DNA of 64,000 nt from Heterodontus francisci (GCF_036365525.1 NC_090379.1:75794513-75858512); one strand, 5' to 3'; shown: positions 37,002 to 50,399, counted from the stretch's first letter. A program made the numbers and translations. Notes: a model not told the origin generated them from the sequence alone.

Positions 37002-37039
37002 GAATTGTCAGAAAACATAGCATTCTTGATATCACAGGA

Positions 37040-37400
37040 GTGAATCTGTGATGCTGGGGAACTCAGGAGGAGATCGAGATGAATCACCCACTCTGCACTT
37101 TTGGCTGAAGATAGTTGCAAATGTAACTTGTCTTTTGTATGCATGTGCCAGGCTCCCTGACCATTGAAGATGGGGACGTTCATGGAGCCTCCTCCTCCCT
37201 TTAGTTGTTTAATTGTACACCACCATTCACGACTGAATGTGACAGGACTGCAGAGCTTTGATCCAATCCATTGGCTGTGGGATCGCTTAGCTCTCCGTCA
37301 ATAGCACGCTACTTCCATTTTTAGCAGGTTTGTCGTCCTGTGTTGTAGCTTCATCAGGTTGGCACCTCATTTTTAGGTATAATCAATGCTATTCCTTGTC
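37040..37400 (-). mobile_element. Older internal fragment of the tRNA-headed LINE family (another at ~37740-37870)
   Basis: Aligns with 13560-13870, e.g. ttagttgtttaattgt.caccaccattcac..ggactgcagagc. Confidence 0.75.
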
Positions 37401-38711
37401 CTTTTAGATCAGGGATCAGCAAACTTAATAACAAGAACTATTTTGTAAAATTTAATCAAAAACGCTGTATCTTAGGTACCACAATGCTGCTACTAAAATG
37501 TCACGAATAATGAAAAACAAGAGAGATGCATCTCAACAACATTTTAAAGGTTATGCAAAAAAGTTGTTAATTGAATGATACTTTCTCATAACTACAATGT
37601 TAATAAATATGTTTTTAACAAGCTAGTTAATTACCATCAAAATAGGTCTGATCGATCAAGGTTGAGAGCTACACGAGTCCTTAATGAGCCGCATGCAGCT
37701 CCAGAACTGCAGGTTGCCGATCTCTGTTCTAGATGGTGGAGTCTGCAGGTCTGGGAGTTGCTGGTGAAGCAGCCTTGGCGACTCGCTGCAGATCGTCCAG
37801 GAGATAATACATGGGTGGTGGAGGGGGCTAATCCAGTGGACTGCTTTGTCCTGGGTGGAGTTGAGCTTCTTTACATCAATGCATGTTCGATCACCAATTC
37901 ACTTAGGTACCATGCCACCTGACCATATTAGTAGTGCAGTGTTAAAAACTATTCAGATTTTTTCGAGCTGTAAAGAACAGGTTTCATTTTGTACTAATCC
38001 AAAAACAAAATACTGCAGATGCTGGAAATCGGAAATAAAAATAGAAAATGCTGGAAATACTCAACCGATCTGGCAGCATCTGTGGAGGGAGAAATAGAAT
38101 TAACGTTTCAGGTCAGAACTGAGAAAATTTGAAAATATAATAGGTTTTAAGTAGGTCAAATGCGGGAGGGTGGAAAAAGAACAAAAGAGAATGTCTGTGA
38201 TAGGATGGAAAAGAGGACACATTAAATAAAAAAAGAGCTGGTGGAGTAGAGTCAAAGGGAGCAATAATGGAACAAATAAAATGGACAAAAGATGTGTCTG
38301 AAAGAGGTGTGAGTGACAGAATAATGAACAGCTGCCATTGGAAAGCAAAACAAATGAAAACAAGATTAAGACTGAAATATGCAAAGAAAAGGAAACAAAA
38401 TGGGGGCAGATATTACGGTCTAAAATTGTTGAACTCAGTGTTAAGTCCAGAAGTCTGTAAAGTGTCTAGTCATAAGATGAGGTGCTGTTACTCGAACTTG
38501 CATTGAGCTTCATTGGAATACTGCAGTAGGCTGAGGACAGAAATGGCAGCGGGAGAGCAAGGTGGCGAATTAAAAATGGCAGACCACCAGCAACCTGGGG
38601 CTATTCTTGTGGAACAAACAGAGGTGTTCTGCAAAGCGGCCACACAATCTGCATTAGGTCTCCCCAATGAAGAGCAGACTGCATTGTGAGCATCAAATAC
38701 AGTATATAAAT

Positions 38712-39100
38712 TGAGAAGGACACGAAAATGGCCGTTTCCCTTTGAAGGAGTGTTTGCAGGCCTTGATGCGGAGAGGATGTTTGCCCTCATGGGGAATCCA
38801 GAGCTAGGGGGCACAGTAAAAATAAGGAGTCTCCCATTTAAGACGGTGATGAGGAGGAATTGTTTCTCTCAAAGGGTCGCTATTGTTTGGAATTCACTAC
38901 CCCAGAGAGAAGTGAAGTGGAAGCTGGGTCATTGAATATATTCAAGGCTAAGTTAGACAGATGATTGATCTACAAAGGAGCCAAGGGTTATGGGGACAGG
39001 CAGGAAAGTGGAGTTAAGGCCACAATCAGATCAGCCATTATCTTATTGAATGGCAGAGGAGGCTTGAGGGGCCGAATGGCTGACTCCTGCTCTGATTACT
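38712..39100 (+). mobile_element. CR1 3' end inserted in the Penelope element
   Basis: GLDAERMF..MRRNCFSQRV..WNSLP and 3' UTR gaggggccgaatggc. Confidence 0.85.
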
Positions 39101-40020
39101 TATGATCTTGGATGGTGAGGAGAGAGGAGGTAAAAGGGCAGGAGTTGCATCTTCTGCTCTTGCATGGAATGGTGCCGTGGGAAGGGGACGGGGTGTTGGG
39201 GTGATCGAGGAGTGGACCAAGGTGTCATGGAGGAAATGGTCCCTTTAGAATGCTGAAAGGGGAAGGGAGGGGAGGGGGAAGGTGTGTTTGGTGGTAGCAA
39301 CATACTGGAGGTGGTAGAAATAGTGGAGGATGATCTGTTGAATATATGGAAACTGGTTGGGACCTCCATTCAAGGAAGAAGCAGAGAGCCCTCAGACTGC
39401 CCTGGTGAGGGATGGAGGTGTAGAGAGATTGGACGTCCTTGGTCCAGAGGCAACAGTTAGGGCCAGGAAATTGGACACTGTTAAAATGGCGGAGGGCATC
39501 AGAAGAATCACAGATACAGATGGGGAGAGACTGGACAAGGGGAGAAAAAAATAGAACCAAGATAGAAAGAAATCAATTCTGTGGGGCAAGAACAGGCTGA
39601 AACATGGCCTACCTGGGCAGTACTGTTTGTGGATCTTGGAAAGGAGGTAGAAGCAGGGTGCTCAGGGTTGGGGGACTATGAGGTTGGAAGCCTTGGAGGG
39701 AAGATCTCCCGAGGAGTTGATGTCAGTGACAGTCCTGGAAACGATGGCTTGATGTTCTTGTGGGGGGGGGGGGGGGGGGCGTCATGATCCAGGGGGAAGT
39801 AGGAGTAAGTATCCAAGAGTTGGCATTTGGCTTCTGCTCAGTAGGGGCCAGTTTGCCACACAACAGCACCACCCTTGTCAGCAGGTTTGATAACAATGTT
39901 AGAGTTGGGCTTGAAAGAACAGAGTGCAGCAAGTTCAGAGGGGGACAGGTGAGCATGAGTCAGGGGGCAGAGAAATTGGATTGGTCGACGTCATACTGGC
40001 AACTTTCAATGAAATCAAGT

Positions 40021-43000
40021 CATCTGGTTCACTAATGTCCTTCAGGGAAGGAAATCTGCCATCCTTACATGTAACTCCAGACCCACAGCAATGTGGTTGA
40101 CTCTTAAATGCCCTCTGAAATGGCCTAGCAAGCCACTCAGTTGTATCAAATAGCTACAAAGTCTAAGAGGATTGAAAACGGACAAACCACCCGGCATCGA
40201 CCAAAGCACTGGAAACTACAATGGCAAACCCAACCCTGTCGACCCTGCAAAGTCCTCCTTACTAACATCTGGGGGCTTGTGCCAAAATTGGAAGAGCTGT
40301 CCCACAGACATGTCAAGCAACAGCCTAACGTAGTCATACTCATGGAATCATATCTTGCAGACAATGTCCCAGACACCACCATCACCATCCCTGAGTATGT
40401 CCTGTCCCACTGGCAGGACAGACCCAGCAGTATAATGGTACACAGGCGGGAAAGTGTTGCCCTGGGAGTTCTCAACATTGACTCTGGAACCCATGAAGTC
40501 TCATGGCTTCAGGTCAAACATGGGCAAGAAAACCTCCTGCTGATTACCACTTACCGCCCACCCTTGACTGATGAATCAGTACTCCTCCATGTTGAACAGC
40601 AATTGGAAGAAGCACTGAGGATAGCAAGAGCACAAAATGTACTCTGGGTGGGGGACTTCAATGTCCATCACCAAGATTGACTCGGTAGCATCACTACTGA
40701 CCAAGCTGGCTGACTACTAAAGGACATAGCTGCTAGTCTGGTTATGTGGCAGGTGGTGAGGGAACCAACAAGAGGGAAAAACCTACTTGACCTCGTCCTC
40801 ACCAATCTACCTGTCATAGATGCATCTGTCCATGAAAGTATTGGTAGGAGTGACCACCGCACCGTCCTTGTGGAGATGAAGTCCCGTCTTCCCACTGAGG
40901 ATACCCACCGTGCTGTGTGGCACTACCACTGTGCTAAATGGGATAGATTTTGAACAGATCTAGCAACTCAAACCTGGGCATCCAAGAGGGCCATCAGCAG
41001 CAGAACTGTATTCAACCACAATCTGTAACCTCATGGCTCGGCATATCCCCTACCATTACCATCAAGCTGGGGAATCAACACAGTTTCAATGAAGAGTGCA
41101 GGAGGGCATGCCAGGAGCAGCATCAGGCATAACTAAAACTGAAGTGTCAGCCTGGTGAAGCTACAATATAGGACTACATGCATGCCAAACAGCAGAAGCA
41201 GCATGTAATAGACAAGGCGAAGCAACCCCACAACCGACAGATCAGATCTAAGCTCTGCAGTCCTGCCATATCCAGTCATGAATGGTGGTGGACAATTAAA
41301 CAACTGACAGGAGGAGGAGGCTCCACAAATATCCCCATCCTCAATGATGGGGGAGCCCAGCACTTAAGTGCAAAGGGCAAGGCTGAAGCATTTGCATCCA
41401 TCTTCAGCCAGAAGTGCCGAGTGGATGATCCATCTCGGCCTCTTCCTGAGGTGCCCATCATCACAGATGCCAGTCTTCAGCCAATCCAATTCACTCCATA
41501 TGATATCAAGAAACGGCTGAAGGCAATGGATACAGCAAAGGCTGTGGATCCTGACAACATTCCGGCAATAGTGCTGAAGACTTATGCTCCAGAACTAGCC
41601 GCGCCCCTAGCCAAGCTTTTCCAGTACAGCTACAATACTGGCATCTAACGCAAACGTTACACCCTTGTTCAAAAAGGGTGTAAAGTTAAGCCCAGCAATT
41701 ATAGGCCAGTCAGTTTAACTTCGGCAATGGGAAAACGTCCAGAAAAAATAATTTGGAACAAAATCAGTCGTCACATGGACAAATGCAAGTTAATTAAGGA
41801 AAGCCAGCATGGATTCCTTAAGGGAAAATCATGTTTAGTTAACTTGCTGAGTTTTTTGAGGAGGTAACAGAGAGGGTTGATGAGGGCAATGCTGTTGATG
41901 TGGTGGACATGGACTTTCAAAAGGCATTTGATACAATGCCACTCTCTGGTACAACAGACTTGTGAGCAAACTTGTAGCTCATGGAATAAAAGGGACAGTA
42001 GCAACATGGATATGAAATCAGCTGAGTGACAGGAAACAAAGAGTAGTGGTTAATGGATATTTTTCGGGCTGGAAGAAGGCTTGTAGTAGAATTCCCCAGG
42101 GGTCAGTGTTGGGACCTTGCTTTTCCTGATATATATTAATGACCTAGACCTTGCTGTACAGGGCACAATTTCAAAGTTTGCAGATGATAGGAGACTTGGA
42201 AGCATTGTGAACTGTGAGGAAGATAGTGTGAAGCTTCAAAAGGACATTGACAAGTTGATGGAATAGGCAGACAGGTGGCAGATGAAGTCAATGCAGAGAA
42301 ATGTGAAGTGATTCATTTTAGTCAGAAAAACATGGAGACACAATATAAAATAAAAGGCTACAATTCTAAAGGGGTGCCGGAGCTGGGACCTGGGTGCATA
42401 TGTGCATAAGTCATTGAAGGTGGCAGGACAGGTTGAGAGAGTGGTCAATAAAACATACAGTATCCTGGGCTTTATTAATAGGGGCATACAGTACAAGAGC
42501 AAAGAAGTTATGTTGAACTTATATAAGACACTAGTTCGGCCTCAGCTGGAGTATTGCGTCCAATTCTGGACGCTGCACTTGAGGAAAGACGTGAGGGCAT
42601 TGGAGAGAGTACAGAAAAGATTCACGAGAATGGTTCCAGGGATGAGGAATTTCAGTTGTGAAGATAGATTGGAGAAATTAGGACTGTTTTCCTTGGAGAA
42701 GAGAAGGCTGAGAGGTGATTTGATAGAAGTATTCAAAATCATGAGGGGTCTGGACAGAGTAGATAGAGAGAAACTGTTCCCACTCGTGAAAGGATCGAGA
42801 ATGAGAGGGCACAGATTTAAAGTATTTGGTAAGGGAAGCAAAAGTGACATGAGGAAAAACTTTTTTATGCAGCGAGTGGTTAAGGTCTGGAATGCACTGC
42901 CTGAGAGTGTGGTGGAGACAGGTTCAATTGAAGCATTCAAAAGGGAATTAGACATTTATATGAAAAGGAAGAACGTAGAAAGTTATGGGGAGAAGGCAGG

Positions 43001-44509
43001 GGAATGGAACTGAGGGAATTGCTCTTTCGGAGAGCCAGTGCGGACATAATGGGCTGAATAGCCTCCTTCTGCATTGTAACGATTCTGTGATCTACCCAGC
43101 AATGTGGAAAATTGCCTAGGTATGCCCTGGACTCAAAAAGCAGGACAAATCCAAACCGGCCAATTACCACCCTATCAGTCTACTCTCGATCATCAGTAAA
43201 GTGATGGAAGGTGTCATCAACAGTGCTATCAAGCAGCACTTGCTCAGCAATAACCTGCTCACTGACGCTCAGTTTGAGTTCCGCCAGAGCCACTCAGCTC
43301 CTGACCTCATTACAGCCTTGGTCCAAACATGGACTAAAGAGGTGCGGTGAGAGTGACTGCCCTTGACAACAAGGCAGCATTTGACCAAGAATGGCATTAA
43401 GGAGCCCTAGCAAAACTGGAGTCAATGGGAATCAGGGGGAAAACTCTCCATTGGTTGGAGTCATACCTAGCACAAAGGAAGATAGCTGTGGTTGTTGGAG
43501 GTCAATCATCTCAGTCTCAGGACATCACTGCAGGAGTTCCTCTCGGTAGTGTCCTAGGCCCAACCATCTTCAGCTGCTTCATCAATGACCTTCCCTCCAT
43601 CATAAGGTCAGAAGTGCAGATGTTCACTGATAATTACACAACATTCAGCACCATTCGCGACTCCTCAGATACTGAAGCAGCCCATATGCATATGCAGCAA
43701 GACCTGGAAAGCAGCCAGGCTTGGACTGATAAGTGGCAAGTAACATTCGTGCCACACAAGTGCCAGGCAATGACCATCTCAAAGAAGAGAGAATCCCCTA
43801 GACGTTCAATGAATGGGATTCAATCACTGAATCCCCCACTATCAACTTCCTGGAGGGGGTTACCATTGACTAGAAACTGAACAGGACCAGCCACATAAAT
43901 GCTGTGGCTACAAGAGCAGGTCAGATGCTAGGAGTCCTGCGGTGAGTAACTCACCTCCTGACTCCCTAAAGCCTGTCCACCATCTACAAAGCACAAGACA
44001 GGAGTGTGATGGAATACTCTTCACTTGTCTGGATGGGTGCAGCTACAACAACACTCAAGAAGCTTGACACCATCCAGCACAAAGCAGCCCACTTGATTGG
44101 CAACCCATCCACCACATTCAACATTCACTCCCTCCACCACCACCGCACAGTGGCAGCAATGTGTACCATCTACAAGATGCACTGCAACAACTCACCAAGG
44201 CTCCTTCAACAGCACCCTCCAAACACACATCCTCTACCACCTAGAAGGACAAGGGCAGCAGATGCATGGGAACACCACCACCTGCAAGTTCCCCTTCAAG
44301 CCACACACCATCCTGACTTGGAACTATATCGCCATTCTTTCACTGTCGCTGGGTCAAAATCATGGAACTCCCTTCCTAACAGCTCTGTGGGTATACCTAT
44401 CCCCACCCAAGGTCTGCAGCGGTTCAAGAAGGCTGCTCACCACCACCTTCTCAAGGGCAATTAGGGATGGGCAGCAACGCCCACATCCCCCAAATGAATA
44501 AAAACAAAA
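40021..44509 (+). mobile_element. Second copy of the tRNA-headed ORF1-less LINE (head truncated), split by a CR1
   Basis: Same leader (ctggttcactaatg..ggcctagcaagccactcag) running into CKVLLTNIWGL; RT at 43100-44464; same 3' UTR ending cccacatcccc..aatgaataaaaacaaaa. Confidence 0.9.
41648..43090 (+). mobile_element. CR1 LINE RT and 3' end nested in the previous element
   Basis: ORF 42402-43013 is nearly identical to 9053-9651; tail gattctgtga; probable TSD ATCTA at 41643-41647 and 43090-43094. Confidence 0.95.
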
Positions 44510-46634
44510 GGTCAGAGGGAGGACTTCAGGTGGGAGGGAGAATACTGGAGACGGGTAAAAGGGTCCACTGTGTGGGGGAGGACTCCTGGCCAAAGAAATG
44601 AGCACGGAGGCGAAGGAAGAGCTCAAAGCTGTGCTGAGCTCAAAATTCATTGAGGTGGGGGCATACAGGGACAAAGCTGAGTCCTTTACTAAGAAGATCG
44701 TTCAGGGTCAGAGGGGAAGATCGGAGGGTATTGTGAATACATGGCAAATGGTGAGATTAGAAGAAGGGATGGGGTCAGAGGGAAGTCAAGGGAAAGAAAG
44801 ATCTGGAGGGGCATTGATACCCATGAGTTATTAGAGCTTTTGATCATCAACAAAAAACTTCTTATCTTCCTTTCAGTTGTTGAAGTGTCAGGTTAGATGA
44901 ATGGTGTAATGAAACTGTGGAGCAGGACAGCTTTGAGATAGGGAGAGTTGATGCTGCTGAAGAGAGAAATCGAATGAGTGTGTGTAGTGACACATGGCAC
45001 TAAGTGTGAATCTGATTTTGAGGAACATTGAACGTATCAGAGATACCTGTAAACGTGGGTCGATCCGAAACATGAAGGATGGAATTTTAGTTGGAATCCA
45101 TGTGGAATAAGTTGGAGCTGGAGGCAGCTGCGGAGGAAGGAGATGTGGCTGTGAAAGAGAGTTTTGATAGATATCTGCTCAAACATGAGAAGGGAGGTAG
45201 AAAGCAAACCGAAATGATAACTCTGATCATTTTGTCATTTAATATCTCCCGTCTTCTGCCCTATCTCAGACCTTCCCATTTGTTCTTTTTCCACCCTTCC
45301 CCATTTGACCTACTTAAAGCCTATTACATTTCTAACTTTTCCCAGCTCTGAAGGGTCATCAACCTAAAATGTTAACTCTGATTCTCTCTCCATTGATGTT
45401 GCCAGACATGCTGAGTACTTCCAGCATTTTCTGTTTTTATTTCATTTTCTGCTGTTAAGTATATATTCCGGACCCTCTGACGTTTGTTTTAAATACATGG
45501 CTGGCTCGAAAATTTAAGAGGTATAGGCATGGAATTTTATATAGCCATGTAAATGATGTCTAGCATGAATATTTTATAAAAAGTAGTCCATATCCTGTGG
45601 TATTACCAATGGCAAGTTGGATAGCTTGTTAGGAAAGTACAGGATGATCATGCAGCATAACAGAATGGATTATTCTAATGGAATATTTCACATATAACAG
45701 AAATGAAGTGAATGGTAGATTTAAATAAAAATGAATGGTAGAGAGAAATGTTAGAGATTTAAATTAATTTAGTTATTTGAAAATTAATGAGATGACATTT
45801 TTATATAATCAGGCACTTTGGAATAAAGGAAATGTGAGCTACAATAAATTCATGTGTAATATATATCCAGGAAACACTATATTTACTTGCGTGGTTGGGC
45901 TCGTATGTTCTTTTTATTAGTTGACTGTCAATCTCTCAACAGTAATCAGGTTGGTGCACAACATTAAGTGGGAGGCTTGCTATTTTGAAAGAGGCAGGGG
46001 TTATGCTGGATTCTTCTACCCGTGTTTGACACTGGGGAGCTGTAACACATGAGAAAAGGAGAATAAGGAAAGCATGGGGTCACAGCGAGCTTAGTGAGGG
46101 TGAGTGGGAAATTGGTTGTTGGGATCAGCTGTGAGCAGGAAACAGGGAGTCATGATATTGCTGAAGGTTGGAATGATGGTATAGGGGAAGGAAAAAAAAT
46201 CTATTTTAAAAATATCATAACTGGAGGGATGGCTGCAGATAAAATTAAATGGAAAAGAACATTCAACAAGGTTTATTCTGTAATACAGGAATTGCCAGAC
46301 AGATTCTTTACCCATCTGGTGCAAGACTTGTACAAATGTAAACGATATTGATGAGAAAAATTTAGTCTGTAAACAAGCACCTAGATCCAGAAAGTAATGG
46401 GAATAGGCTGCAATTCCCACACAATGAAGTGTAGAGCAGGGGTCTGGCATTTTCCCAGAGGAAGAAAAATCAGATGTAAATCTCCTTGGCTGATCATACG
46501 TACATCTTAACGAAGGAACAAGATAAGCAACATCTGGAAGCAGGTCACACCCAGCTTTTCTGCCAGAGTAATAGGTGAAAAAAAAATGGATTTTCAGGGC
46601 TTCTGTGATTAATTTAACTGACTGAACTAATCAG

Positions 46635-46870
46635 TAGCCAAGCCACATATGTCAGGACGGTCCAGGTTGGGAGAAGAAAATCAGCTAAGGCTTCTGTTTC
46701 CAATTGTTATTGAATGACCTCTGCTAAGCAATGTCCCCTTGGTAAGTAAGCTGCCTTTGCTGGCCTTTAGAATCAGCCATGAATATTGGCCACTTGATTG
46801 AAGACTGGAGGGCATGAGGCAACTGTGGAAATGTACCCCAAAGAGTGAACAGTTTAGAGGAGGAAAGAAG
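46635..46870 (+). mobile_element. Very old SINE remnant, possibly UCON3-related
   Basis: aagccacatatgtcaggacggtccaggtt and aaaatcagctaaggcttctgtttccaattg..tgacctctgct resemble my recollection of the UCON3 consensus; not verified. Confidence 0.35.
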
Positions 46871-47159
46871 AAAAACAGCAGGAAAAAAGTAAAAAAATTA
46901 GTTTGTTTAAAGCACATCATAGGAAAGGTGATGTAAGATTATACAAGATCAAACTGAATTGGATAACCCAATTGTAACAAAGGAAGAGAGAAGACAACAG
47001 GAAACAGGAAGGCTCCCATCTTCACCCTCTCGAGTCCAAGGGTATAAACTTGAGCACACCTGGCAAACAATTCACTGTCACCAGATCTGGTGTCATTACA
47101 GTATTATACTTTCCTGGGCATCTCTTTCCTCATCCAAAATCATCCATGACTCTCATACC

Positions 47160-48795
47160 AATTATGAGCAGAAGTAGGCCATTCGGCCCCTCTAGCCTGC
47201 TCGGACATTCATAAGATCAAGGTTGATCTGTTTGTGTCTCAAATTCCACACTCCCATCTACCCCTGATAACCTTTGATTCCCTTGTCTAACAAGAATCTA
47301 TCTACTTCCGTCTTAAGAATATTCAATGACCCCGCCTCCACCACCTTCTGAGGCAGAGAGTTCCAAAGTTGAACAATCCTGAGAAAAAAATTTCTCCTCA
47401 TCTCTGTCCTAAAAGGGAGACCCCTAATTTAAAAACAGTGGTGCCGAGTTCTGGACTCACCCACAAGAGGAAACATCCTTTCTACATCCACCTAGTCAAG
47501 ACCATTCAGGATCTTATATACTTCAATCAAGTCTCCCCTCACTCTTCTAAACTCCAGTGAAAACAAGCCCAGTCTGTCCAACCTTTCCTCACAAAACAAC
47601 TCGCTCATTCCAGGTATCAATCTAGTAAACCTCCTCTGAACCGCCTCCAACACATTTACATCCTTCCTTAAATAAGGAGACCAAAACTGCACACAGTATT
47701 CGAAATGTAGTCTCACCAATGCTCTATATCACTGAAGTATAATATCCTCACTTTTATTTTCAATTCTTCTCGTAATAAAGGTTAGCATTCCATTAGCCTT
47801 CTTTATTACTTGCTGTACCTACATACTAACTTTTCGTGACTCATGCACGAGAACACCTAGATCCCTCTGCACCTCGGAATTCTGCAGTCGTTCTCCATTT
47901 AAGTAATACTCTGCTTTTTTATTCTTCATGCCAAAGTGAACAACTTCACATTTTCCCACATTATACTCCATCTGCCAGATTTTTGCCCACTCACTCAATC
48001 TATCTATATCGGTCTGCAACCTCCTTATGTCCTCTTCAAAACATACTTTCCTACCTATCTTTGTGTCATCTGCAAATTTAGCTACCATGCCATTGCTTCC
48101 CTCATACAAGTCATTGATATAGATTGTAAAAATTTGAGGCCCCAGCACAGACCCCTGCGGGACTCCACTCGTCACATCCTGCCAATCGGAAAAGGACCCA
48201 GTTATGCACACTCTCTGTTTTCTGCTAGCCAGCCAATCTGCTATCCATGCTAATATGTTACTGCCTACACCATGAGCTCCTACTTTGCACAATAACCTTT
48301 TATGTGGCACCTTGTCAAATGCCTTCTGGAAATCCAAGTACAGTACGTCAACAGCCTCCCCTTTATCCACAGCGCATGTTACTCCTTCAAAGAACTACAA
48401 TAAATTGGTTAAACATAATTTCCCTTTCACAAAACCATGCTGACTATTCCAGATTACCTTGAGATTTTCTAAGTGCCCAGCTATAGCCTCGTTATGATTG
48501 ATTTAACACCTTCCTCACGACAGACGTCAGGCTAAAAGGCCTGTGGTTAACCGTTTTCTGCCTCCCAGCCCCTCCCACACCTTCCTGAACAGAGGGGTTA
48601 TATTTGCTGCTTTCCAGTCTGATGGAACCTTTCCAGAATCTAGCTAATTTTGAAAAATTAACACTAGCGCATCTACTACCTCATTATCCACCTCTTTTAA
48701 GACCCTAGGATGAAGCCCATCAGGATCCGCGGACTTGTCAGCCAGCAGCTCCAACAGTTTGTTCAGTACCGCTTCATTGGTGATTGTAATTTCAC
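47160..48795 (-). mobile_element. CR1 LINE RT and 3' end
   Basis: ORF 47819-48370: [30 protein letters not shown]; ORF 47492-47719: [12 protein letters not shown]. Confidence 0.95.
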
Positions 48796-48799
48796 CTAA

Positions 48800-49523
48800 G
48801 AGAGGTTTTGGGTTTTAGACTTTGGACCTCATTAAAAACAAAGGGGATTGAGGGAACCGTGTGGCCATCTGTCCATCTCCGAAAAAACTGGGAGTTTTAT
48901 TACACTCACAAGAGACAAGCAGTAACTGAGACTGCAGCAGCAGAGAAAGCTGTGGGCCTCCCTTTCTTTCTCTCTCACCAGAAACCATCAAGTTTGAAAA
49001 CCGTCTATGATTGTAGACCCTCCAAGCCTACAGACTGCTACAGCCAGAGACCAGGAGAAGAGAACCAACTACAATTCTGCCTTCAAGAAAACCCTGAGCA
49101 AAGCAGGCCAGCCATGAAGTGCACTTTGACCAACCAAGGTCTTCAAGAGTACAACTCCAGCCAGACAATCACCGAATCATCCAACCTCAAAATGCGTATT
49201 TAACTTTTATTTATTCTGGACTATAATCCAACCAAAAACCCTACTTCCCACTTTGTAATCTATTTGAGTGCATGTGATTCTTGTGTGAATTTGTGCGTGA
49301 ATGTGTAGCGTGATTTTAAAAATTATTTTTAAATTAGGTTTAGACTGTTAAGTATAATAAACTTACCTCTTTCTTGTTTAAACTCAAGAAAACCTGTCCA
49401 ATTGGTTCTTTCACGATCACAGTAAAGGAAAAAGATAAAACACTCAGAGGTAGTAAGCATAACCAAATAAGAGGAAGGGCAAGAGGAGTGACTGTGACCA
49501 CCCCTTCTCACTTGGCCGTAACA
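48800..49523. mobile_element. LTR remnant (Gypsy-like), left end lost
   Basis: Ends cttggccgtaaca; shares aaactcaagaaaacctgtc..ttc with 56175-56205. Confidence 0.7.
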
Positions 49524-49733
49524 ATAGGGATGTTTCCTGGGAAGTATTTCCCAATCCATTACTATGAATTAGTGGTACAGAATCTTCACTGTTCACAAGA
49601 TGAGTCCAATTTTACCTTGATTACAAAGGAAAGCAGTGATCCTAGGCTCTGCACTTTTAAGTTCTAAATGCTGTATCATATAACAAACTGAGTCACAAGA
49701 TAGGGTGAATGGCTATTTTGATTCTTTTCTTAC

Positions 49734-49980
49734 CTCTTCCTTCTTTCTACCGGTTGATAGTTAGCAATCACACTATAACTTTATCACGGACAGGTTAGCT
49801 TATCATGTATGCATTTGCTTAACAATATCAAGAGCTTGATGCCTCATTGTAAATACCATTTACTTAAACAACTCCAATTGAGGAGCTGGGGCTATTCCTT
49901 GGTGTTATATGGTAATGAAAAAGTTATGTTTAATTTGAATATTCTTATGTTTGGACGACCGAAAGTATCATGGTTTCTTT
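49734..49980 (-). other. Candidate 247-nt non-coding exon
   Basis: Acceptor ttgtgtttttgttgtttcttttcactttcag and donor GAG|gtaaga; stops in all three frames. Confidence 0.25.
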
Positions 49981-50399
49981 CTGAAAGTGAAAAGAAACAA
50001 CAAAAACACAAATCCGCAAGGTGAGAGGAAGGTGGGGGAGTGGGGTTGGGGGGTAGGGAAGAGACAAAAGTAACACCAAGGAATTACAGAGAGGACTTAA
50101 AACCTTCATTAAAGCTTTCAGACTAACTTATTCAAGAATCAGATCCTAAGCAGCTATGACAGCTCTAGTATGTTAACTATTGTGTTTGTTATGCAATTAC
50201 AAGCAAACCTATTTACATCTTACACAGCCTATGGCCAGTTATATTTGCATTTTACATTTCAGCTCATTTCCCTTAAGCATGCGCTACAGGGATTATTATT
50301 ACAAGGAACTGCATTCTAGAGGCTATTAACAGCAAAAATATTTAATTTCATTTAAAAGTTGGTTTTTATTTAGGAAAATAGTGAAATCTATATATATCA

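Larger units (their letters stand above)
38001..45445 (-). mobile_element. Decayed Penelope-like element in pieces (38001-38710, 39105-40020, 44510-45110) with an inverted terminal copy at 45225-45445
   Basis: Minus strand YCI*CSQCSLLFIGET..RFAEHL (GIY-YIG, 38620-38710) and TKDVQSLYTSIPHQ (PLE RT, ~39400-39445). 38035-38110 is inverted relative to 45367-45444. Confidence 0.8.

Noticed and set aside
39762-39779. Poly-G run (also poly-C at 36463-36479) as a functional G-quadruplex
   Set aside because: Homopolymer expansions inside decayed repeats; lengths may be assembly dependent.
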